Positions 48,899 to 56,476 of a stretch of 64,000 nucleotides of DNA are shown one piece after another. The notes beneath the pieces are model-generated. The model was not told the origin of the DNA. It ran no database searches and worked only from the letters and a program-made list of their open reading frames with translations. Numbering within the stretch: the stretch's first letter is position 1; every line of letters begins with the position of its first letter. The position numbers and the translations under genes were made by a program. The stretch covers positions 62,001-126,000 of IMG/VR virus record IMGVR_UViG_3300007770_001284. One strand, 5' to 3'.

Positions 48899-51800
48899 AT
48901 GGCACGTGAATCAAGGACATCTTTAAATAAATCTGATTTTTTGGTCATAAGATCGAAAACTGACGATTCTATCTTAAAGATAGTTTCTCCCCAGCACTTC
49001 CAGATCGGGTTCGATGATAAGGAATTTCATCGGATTCTCGCTGTCCATGGTAATGTTGAGGCCACAACGGTGTACGCTCCATCATTGTCTGGTTCTTTAA
49101 CACGCCTTGCTGATGGTACTACGTATCTACGCGAAGGGAACAATGTAACGATTACAACTGGTTCAGACGGCGCTGTTACGATTGCCGCGGGTACAGGCGC
49201 GCTGGTCGGGACGCTGTCGGGAGTAGAGGCGGACGGAATTCAAGACTTTACTTATGACGGAAGCGGAAACGCATCAGTAAAGGTAGACTTATATGACCGC
49301 GGAGGAATTACATTCTCTTCAAGTGGTCTGGGTCTGAATCCAAATGATGTAGACTCAGAATTAGCTGTGACCCCCGCCTCCGGAGACTTGCTGTTCATCT
49401 ACGATCTTGATGACCCCACTGCACGCAATGTAAAAAAGGTTTCCGTCTCCAACTTAATGGCGGCAGGCGCCGGTGGCACTTTGGCGAATGCCATTACTTT
49501 TGGAGACGGAATTTATGATTCTGCTTCTGGCGCAAGCTCATATAATAATACTGCCGCGGCAACAATCGCAGTAGATCTTGCGACAAATTCTGGTTTAGAA
49601 TTTAGTTCAAATAAATTAAAAGCCGATCTGGATGGCTCAACGTTAAGTGTAAATTCGTCTGGACTAAGCGTTGCGTCAGTACCGAATGCTTTAACACATG
49701 GAACGGGAATATCATCATTTAGTTATGACGGCGGCACAGCTAGCGTGGCAGTCGGTATCGATACATCTACGGTTCCTCTTTTGGCAAGTAGCAATACATG
49801 GTCTGGAACAAATACATTTGGTACACTGTTGGGGAAGCATGATGAGGTGTCTTCTGGCGTTCCATATCTTGTGGGCGGTAGCAACGTTACAATTTCTTAT
49901 GATACCCCGACTTCTGGCCAGATAACAATCGCTGCTTCGCTTGGTGCCGGAGGAGATCTTACCGCCGGGTCAGGTATTGGCACTTTTACGTATAATGGCA
50001 CAGGTGCAGCAACAGTTGGATTAGACGCAACATCGTTGTCTTCTGCTGGTACAAGGTCTTCATCTCTATTTGTGTCTGACGGCGGGACTACAATAACAAA
50101 ATCTACTGTGGGTACGTTGGTTGACCTGGTTGACAGAACCGTGCTGATGGCCGCGGCTTCGAACGGCGGGATCAACCTGAACTTTCAAGGTGCTGAGCTA
50201 CCAACTTTATTTTCTATTGATTTAGATGGCAGTACCCTTTCGATCGGAAATAACGGGATATCTGTTGCAAATTTGCCGTATGCAATTTCTCAAGGAACAG
50301 GCATTGATACATTTTCGTTTGACGGCTCTTCTACCCAGACAGTTGCAATCGACACTGCAGTGGTTCCTCGAAAGGGTGTCGACAATACGTGGACAGGGAA
50401 AAATACGTTTGGTATATCAACAACAGCGGGCTTAACTGGCTCTCTACAAGAAGTGTCTTCTGGTGTACCATATCTTGCCTGCGGTACAGGTGTAAGCATC
50501 GTTACGTCATCGAACGGACAGATAGTCGTTTCAACAGATGGCACAGAAATTACTGGTGTTACCGCTGGCCAGGGATTGACAGGTGGCGGTGCTTCCGGCG
50601 ATGTAACCCTGGCGGTTGATCTTGCATCAACCGCAGGCCTAGAATTTAGCTCTGATAAATTAAGGGTCAAGCTTGACGGCAGCACAATCGATATGGGTTC
50701 TTCTGGTATAAGCGTGGCGAATGTTCCAAATTCTTTGGCTCAAGGAACAGGGATATCAACGTTCACTTATGATGGTGGGACTTCTGGTATTACTGTTGGT
50801 ATTGATAATTCTGTCGTCGCGACATTAACTGGGTCTCAATTTAGCGGACCTGTTGTCTTTAATGCTGGTTTGTCTGGGTCGTTGACGCGGCTTCCTGATG
50901 GTACGTCATATCTCCGGCAGGGTGATAACGTCACGATAACGACGGGGTCTTCTGGTGAGATTACAATTAGCGCAATCGCTGGTGGTGGTGGCGTCGCGGA
51001 TGGTAATGCACAATATCTTGTTTTGGCCGCGACTAGTTCTCTCGCGCAAGAGAGAGTTATTACAATGGGGACAGGCCTTGCATCTAGCGACGACGGTGCA
51101 GGTAATGCGTACACTCTACGAGTGAAAGATAGCGAGTTTGCTGCATTAACTGGCTCGATTTTTTCCGGTGATGTTGTTGCGCAAGCAGGACTTTCCGGGT
51201 CCTTACAAGCGCTGTCTGATGGCACGTCATACCTCCGCGAGGGCTCGAATATTGCAATAGCAAGTTCCTCAGCGGGATATGTCACAGTGTCTTCTACTGA
51301 TACAACATACACAGCTGGTTCCGGCCTGGATCTTTCGGGTACCGCATTTAGTGTCGATCTTAAGAGCGGATCTGGCTTAGTAATTGACTCTGCCGAGCTT
51401 TCAATTGATGATTCTGTTTTAGCGACGATTACTGGGTCTACTTTTACTGGTACCGTGACCGCCCCAGCTCTTTCGGGTTCGCTTACAAGACTACAAGACG
51501 GGACTTCCTATCTACGACCAGGTAATGCTAATGTTATCATAACCTCTGCCTCAGCTGGGTATATTTCAATATCATCTACTGACACAGACACAACATACAC
51601 TGCTGGCGATGGTCTAGATCTTTCAGGCACCGAATTCAGTGTCGATCTTAAGAGCAACTCTGGGTTGGTGATTGATTCAACAGAGCTCTCTATAGACGAT
51701 TCGATTATTGCAACGATCACTGGATCGACCTTCACAGGCACGGTTACTGCTCCAGCTCTTTCTGGTTCACTCACCAAACTACAAGATGGGACATCTTACC

Positions 51801-53737
51801 TGATCGCAGGAAGTAACGTGACCATTACTACTGGCTCCTCTGGAGCTGTGACAGTAGCTGCGTCCGGTGGAGAAATATCAGTTGTTTCCGGTTCTTCTAG
51901 CGTTTCAAGCATCAGCACTCTAAACTTATCTAAGCTTGGAGTTATAAGCGATCTGGGCGGTGGCGTCGTCGCAGTCACTGGGTCTATAGGAGATGCTGAA
52001 GACGGTTCATATTCTGATGGGTTATTCACCGATTTCAGTACTGTAACACCAGTTGGGACAGCGGTGGATAGGTTTAACGAGGTCTTGAAGGGGCTTGCAC
52101 CCTCCGCCGCCCCAGGTCTAGACGATATGAACTGTTCAGACTCTGGTACTTCGGCTGTCCTTTCCTTCGGATCATCGCAGTCAATTTCCGGTTATACAAA
52201 TGCACGACCTTCCACGTTGACGCCCACTGACAATCTTTCTGATATCGATATTAATGGAACGTTTAATTCAACTGCCGCAAGTAATGACTTACGGCGCGCT
52301 TGTTTCGGCGGCTCGACAGTGATCAACGGAACGCTGAACGCCGACGTGTCAGCAGATGGTGTAAATTACGCCGCTTATTCATTCGGCAACGGTAATCAGG
52401 GAACTTTGAAACTTTTTGTAAATGATAATTCCACTGCAATACACTCTGTAGATTTAAGTTCATTCGGGTCTGGGAATTCTTTGAACGGAAACGGGTCTGG
52501 GTTTAACCTTTCTGCAACCACGCCAGGCCATTTTAGCGATAGCAGCAATTTCGAAACTTTCCAACACCGGCAAGGTACATACACAATCACCGCCGCTGAT
52601 CAGCAGAGCGGGTGGAACTACGCGAGGGTGGTGCACACAATAGCAGGCGCAGATATAACATGCAACTATGTGGAGTGGGTGAACGATCCCGATTCCAATG
52701 CATTGTCTTCCGATAATTCTGCCATGGATTCGCTTTCCATGACAGGAACTAAAAATCTTTCGGGAGTGAAATATAACACTGGCGGAACCGCTGAATATAG
52801 GATCCGCGTCTTGAATGCGTATCGTAATGTATATTCTACATCTACAATATCTTTTAACGGCACAAATTGCTCAGTCTCGTCTCAAGCGTTTCCATCTATC
52901 AATCATGCAGGCGGCGAAGATGAAACGAAAATTCTGCATCTTACTGGATCAGCGACGATTACAGGCGATCCTATTTTAGATGGGTCGATTTCTGTAAGTA
53001 CTAATGTACCCGCACCGCTAAAATCGAATCTTTCCAGCGCCGGCTCACAGTCAATAAGCGGAATTTTGTTATACGATCTATCTGATACATCCACCGCCAC
53101 GTCTGAGACGTTCAGGGGTGAAAGTTATAGATTAATATCAGGTAGCTATAATACTCAAGCTAACGTTACCGCTGGAGGGAGTGCTTGGGATTCTACAACA
53201 AGCCTCGCCGGCGTTGATGGCTTGCTTTTTTATAATAGCCGACTTTACGCGCCGCCCCAAGGAGGAGATTCTGGAGATTTTAGAAACACTTCTGACGGCG
53301 GGTCAATAACAAACGGTCCAAGTAGCAATGTAAATTATAGCGGTATCACGTCAGGCACAAGAACGTTTTATAGATATTTTCAGAACACATCAGGGGGCTC
53401 AAAGACAGGTTTCGATCTTACTATCAACGGATCAGGAACTATCGCTTCTCAAGCGACTACATTGACAACGTCGAACCTTCACGTGTTGATTAAGCTTCCG
53501 ACCACAACTGCTGCCTTTGAAACTGGGTGGATGGATTTGGCAATCTCATTCGCGACGGGACAAACCTCCGACGGCGACGGCTGCTTAGATGGAAGCTTAG
53601 ACTCATCGCTCAATGCGACTAACACTGCGACCTTCGGAACACAGTCAGTAGGCAGTAATGAATATATAGTTGTGAAAATAGAGGCAGACGCTTCATCAAC
53701 TGGGTACATTTCTAGTATGAGCGTTTCGTGGAGCTAA
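48899..53737 (+). CDS. Repeat-rich fibre-like virion protein (1612 aa)
   Basis: Ser/Gly/Thr-rich, with 7 copies (2 degenerate) of LSGSLxxLxDGTSYLxxGxNVTI plus other repeats, and a unique ~600-aa C-terminus. Confidence 0.7.
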   Translation: MARESRTSLNKSDFLVIRSKTDDSILKIVSPQHFQIGFDDKEFHRILAVHGNVEATTVYAPSLSGSLTRLADGTTYLREGNNVTITTGSDGAVTIAAGTGALVGTLSGVEADGIQDFTYDGSGNASVKVDLYDRGGITFSSSGLGLNPNDVDSELAVTPASGDLLFIYDLDDPTARNVKKVSVSNLMAAGAGGTLANAITFGDGIYDSASGASSYNNTAAATIAVDLATNSGLEFSSNKLKADLDGSTLSVNSSGLSVASVPNALTHGTGISSFSYDGGTASVAVGIDTSTVPLLASSNTWSGTNTFGTLLGKHDEVSSGVPYLVGGSNVTISYDTPTSGQITIAASLGAGGDLTAGSGIGTFTYNGTGAATVGLDATSLSSAGTRSSSLFVSDGGTTITKSTVGTLVDLVDRTVLMAAASNGGINLNFQGAELPTLFSIDLDGSTLSIGNNGISVANLPYAISQGTGIDTFSFDGSSTQTVAIDTAVVPRKGVDNTWTGKNTFGISTTAGLTGSLQEVSSGVPYLACGTGVSIVTSSNGQIVVSTDGTEITGVTAGQGLTGGGASGDVTLAVDLASTAGLEFSSDKLRVKLDGSTIDMGSSGISVANVPNSLAQGTGISTFTYDGGTSGITVGIDNSVVATLTGSQFSGPVVFNAGLSGSLTRLPDGTSYLRQGDNVTITTGSSGEITISAIAGGGGVADGNAQYLVLAATSSLAQERVITMGTGLASSDDGAGNAYTLRVKDSEFAALTGSIFSGDVVAQAGLSGSLQALSDGTSYLREGSNIAIASSSAGYVTVSSTDTTYTAGSGLDLSGTAFSVDLKSGSGLVIDSAELSIDDSVLATITGSTFTGTVTAPALSGSLTRLQDGTSYLRPGNANVIITSASAGYISISSTDTDTTYTAGDGLDLSGTEFSVDLKSNSGLVIDSTELSIDDSIIATITGSTFTGTVTAPALSGSLTKLQDGTSYLIAGSNVTITTGSSGAVTVAASGGEISVVSGSSSVSSISTLNLSKLGVISDLGGGVVAVTGSIGDAEDGSYSDGLFTDFSTVTPVGTAVDRFNEVLKGLAPSAAPGLDDMNCSDSGTSAVLSFGSSQSISGYTNARPSTLTPTDNLSDIDINGTFNSTAASNDLRRACFGGSTVINGTLNADVSADGVNYAAYSFGNGNQGTLKLFVNDNSTAIHSVDLSSFGSGNSLNGNGSGFNLSATTPGHFSDSSNFETFQHRQGTYTITAADQQSGWNYARVVHTIAGADITCNYVEWVNDPDSNALSSDNSAMDSLSMTGTKNLSGVKYNTGGTAEYRIRVLNAYRNVYSTSTISFNGTNCSVSSQAFPSINHAGGEDETKILHLTGSATITGDPILDGSISVSTNVPAPLKSNLSSAGSQSISGILLYDLSDTSTATSETFRGESYRLISGSYNTQANVTAGGSAWDSTTSLAGVDGLLFYNSRLYAPPQGGDSGDFRNTSDGGSITNGPSSNVNYSGITSGTRTFYRYFQNTSGGSKTGFDLTINGSGTIASQATTLTTSNLHVLIKLPTTTAAFETGWMDLAISFATGQTSDGDGCLDGSLDSSLNATNTATFGTQSVGSNEYIVVKIEADASSTGYISSMSVSWS
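51293..51800 (+). repeat. Tandem intragenic duplication, 288-bp period
   Basis: gtgtcgatcttaagagc at 51351 and 51639; the peptide TYTAGxGLDLSGTxFSVDLKS...DGTSYL occurs twice. Confidence 0.85.
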
Positions 53738-53740
53738 CCT

Positions 53741-56104
53741 ATGGCGTATGATGCAAAAACTGAGCGCTTGATTTCGCTTAAGAAATTAGCGGGTAAAGCG
53801 CAGACATCAAACGATAAGGGTCTTTCTAACGAGGGACTGCCGTCAGGTATAACTACAACTTCTGAAAATATATTCGGAGAATCGGTCACTACCAGCCCAT
53901 CCAACACCGCGCTATATACAATCACGGGACAGGTGGAATACCTCAGATTTCCCGCAACGTTTATTGCCGGTAGCGATACATCGGATGGTCGACACGGATT
54001 TGAATTAAAGCTTCCATCTGATTATGAATCCAATTCATCGAATTCAAAGGCGGGTACGTACCCGTTCCAGAATGATCAAGTCATTAATATAACGTCTGGA
54101 TCGTTACAACTTATACCTCCATCTTTTGCGTCATCATACGAGGCAAAGCCGTATTACGGTGGTAATTCGTCCAAGGGATCAGGTACACTAATTCCGCTAC
54201 TGGACGCTCGAGATTGGTATCTAGATTATTTTAACGGAGTGTTCTTCCAGCAGGACCCATCTGGAACTGGAGACCAGGCGGATAATCCTGACTTTATTGA
54301 GGGCTATCTGTATATTGGTGATATGCTGGACACTGTTGTCGCGTCAGCTGGCGGTGCAGGAGATGGTGATCCTGCTGCACAATATCTTGTTTTGGCCGCC
54401 ACCGCATCGCTATCGAATGAGCGTGTGTTTACAGCAGGAACAGGAATAAAGACTACTGATTCTGGTGCCGGTGCTGCCTATACGATCGCAGTTAGAGATT
54501 CAATTGTCGCAACTTTAACTGGTTCAACATTTTCAGGAACAGTTTCTGCTCCCGCATTGTCCGGTTCATTAACGAATCTGCAGGATGGTACTAGCTACTT
54601 GATTGCTGGAAGTAATACGACAATAGTGACAGGTTCTTCAGGAGCCATTACAATTTCATCGACTGGAGGTATTGATGGTTCTGGAGCAGCAAACAGAATT
54701 GCGACCTGGTCAGATTCAGATACGCTAACATCTGATGCTGACTTTACGTGGAACGGGTCTCTTTTAGATGTCCAGGGTGACGTAAATCTTAACGGAACTG
54801 TGGTGGTAAACCAGAGCGGAGTCGATAAAAACTTTAGGGTAGAAACCCAAAATAAAAGTAGCGCCTTGCAGGTAGACGGTGAAACAGACCAAGTACTTCT
54901 ATTTTCCGGAAGTCTTTCTGATGCTTCTGGTCACGGCTCGTCAGCAGCAGACCCTGACCCAAGAACGTTCACTGACACTAATTTCTTCGTGTCTGGATCT
55001 ATCGATTCTCGAAATACTTCAAGGAGAGGTACTTCTGTTTTCGGTGGTGATGTTGTAGTATCCGGAACGTTATCTGTCAACAGGGGTCAGGCGGGTGTTG
55101 GTAGCATGTTTACCGTTACATCAGATGGTAAAGTTGGCATTGGGTCTGATACTCCTTCTTATAAGCTTTCTGTTGGCGGAAATATGGACGTGGGAGAGTA
55201 CATCTACCACAAAAATGATGCCAACACTTTTATTCGGTTTCAGCCAGATGATATAAACATTCAAGCTGGTGGTGTCGATCTTATAAAAATGACAGAATCA
55301 GGTGCCAATACACAGATACTGATTTTATCTGGTGGCGGCACCTCAGATCCCAACCCCGCTAATTTTGGTGATACTAGTTTCTTTGTATCTGGAAGTATAG
55401 GGAGTATTGGGACATCAACAGGGGGTTCATCTGTTTTCGGTGGGGATGTACTTGCTTCTGGGTCTGTTGTAGCGTTGGCCGGCCTATCCGCGTCTTTACA
55501 ACAACTTAGCGATGGTACATCATATCTTCGGGAAGGGCCGAACGTTACTATAACATCAGCCTCTGATGGTTCAATAACTATTTCTTCGACAGGAGGCAGC
55601 GGTTCTCCCGGCGGAAGCAATACGCAGATTCAATTTAACGATAGTAACACTTTTGGTGGCGACAGCACATTCACGTTTAATAAGGTAACGAATACTTTAA
55701 GCGTGCCCGCATTGTCGGGTTCATTGACGCGGCTCGTTGACGGTACGTCGTATCTTCGGTCTGGTACTGGTATCTCTATAACCACCGGATCATCTGGTTA
55801 TGTTCAAGTTAGTAATACTGGGGTATCCGAAAGACAGAGACAGAGCTATTTTCTAGCACAATCGTATTCTGCCGGGGTGAATGTTCCAGTGTCATCGACA
55901 AATTTTGCGACGGTATCTTATGACATTGGTTTGATCGACGTTTTATTGAATGGACAGTTATTGCATTCTGGCACAGCAGCGCAGGTAACAGCAGATCCTG
56001 TGGAACGAGATTACTATGTGACTGGTGCATCATCATTAAAATTTGCGTTTGATATTGAAATTGATGATGTTCTCGATGTAATGGTATACAAGGTAGTAAG
56101 CTAG
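53741..56104 (+). CDS. Fibre-like virion protein (787 aa) sharing repeats with the 48899 protein
   Basis: Three DGTSYL repeats, two FFVSGSI...SVFGGDV repeats, GKVGIG and a C-terminal LNGQLL domain. Confidence 0.7.
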   Translation: MAYDAKTERLISLKKLAGKAQTSNDKGLSNEGLPSGITTTSENIFGESVTTSPSNTALYTITGQVEYLRFPATFIAGSDTSDGRHGFELKLPSDYESNSSNSKAGTYPFQNDQVINITSGSLQLIPPSFASSYEAKPYYGGNSSKGSGTLIPLLDARDWYLDYFNGVFFQQDPSGTGDQADNPDFIEGYLYIGDMLDTVVASAGGAGDGDPAAQYLVLAATASLSNERVFTAGTGIKTTDSGAGAAYTIAVRDSIVATLTGSTFSGTVSAPALSGSLTNLQDGTSYLIAGSNTTIVTGSSGAITISSTGGIDGSGAANRIATWSDSDTLTSDADFTWNGSLLDVQGDVNLNGTVVVNQSGVDKNFRVETQNKSSALQVDGETDQVLLFSGSLSDASGHGSSAADPDPRTFTDTNFFVSGSIDSRNTSRRGTSVFGGDVVVSGTLSVNRGQAGVGSMFTVTSDGKVGIGSDTPSYKLSVGGNMDVGEYIYHKNDANTFIRFQPDDINIQAGGVDLIKMTESGANTQILILSGGGTSDPNPANFGDTSFFVSGSIGSIGTSTGGSSVFGGDVLASGSVVALAGLSASLQQLSDGTSYLREGPNVTITSASDGSITISSTGGSGSPGGSNTQIQFNDSNTFGGDSTFTFNKVTNTLSVPALSGSLTRLVDGTSYLRSGTGISITTGSSGYVQVSNTGVSERQRQSYFLAQSYSAGVNVPVSSTNFATVSYDIGLIDVLLNGQLLHSGTAAQVTADPVERDYYVTGASSLKFAFDIEIDDVLDVMVYKVVS

Positions 56105-56127
56105 TGGACACCATAATTTAAATTAGT

Positions 56128-56346
56128 ATGCAAGACACATCTCAATATATTACCGCGGATATCGGATTAGCAGCGTTTCTTCTTTTGAAGGGGTGTGAGC
56201 TCCTCTCTGCGGGTCGAGAGAAAAACAGATATAAATTTGTGTTTAAAGACAATGTTGAGTGTACAAAGTACGCTGTTGGGTACATCAACAGTGATTATTC
56301 ACGCTTCGATGCGATACTAAAAAACTTGAAAAATCTCGTGCACTAA
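56128..56346 (+). CDS. Small protein resembling DUF5659
   Basis: Y.T.DI.LAAFL..KG..L.......KFVF pattern; 72 aa. Confidence 0.55.
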   Translation: MQDTSQYITADIGLAAFLLLKGCELLSAGREKNRYKFVFKDNVECTKYAVGYINSDYSRFDAILKNLKNLVH

Positions 56347-56359
56347 CGCTAAGACTTGT

Positions 56360-56476
56360 ATAGTTAGAGGCAAGTTCGTTCGTTTCCTATTAGTTTGTTT
56401 TCCCCGTATGTTTTTTACGTTGATTTCTTCGTTTATGTGTTTGTAGAACACTAATTTCGAAAAAGGAAAATAAATT
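56360..56476 (+). promoter_or_regulatory. Candidate late promoter ATAGTTA plus a ~110-nt U-rich structured 5' leader
   Basis: ATAGTTA at 56360-56366; tttcct/aggaaa and attagt/actaat are complementary. Confidence 0.45.
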
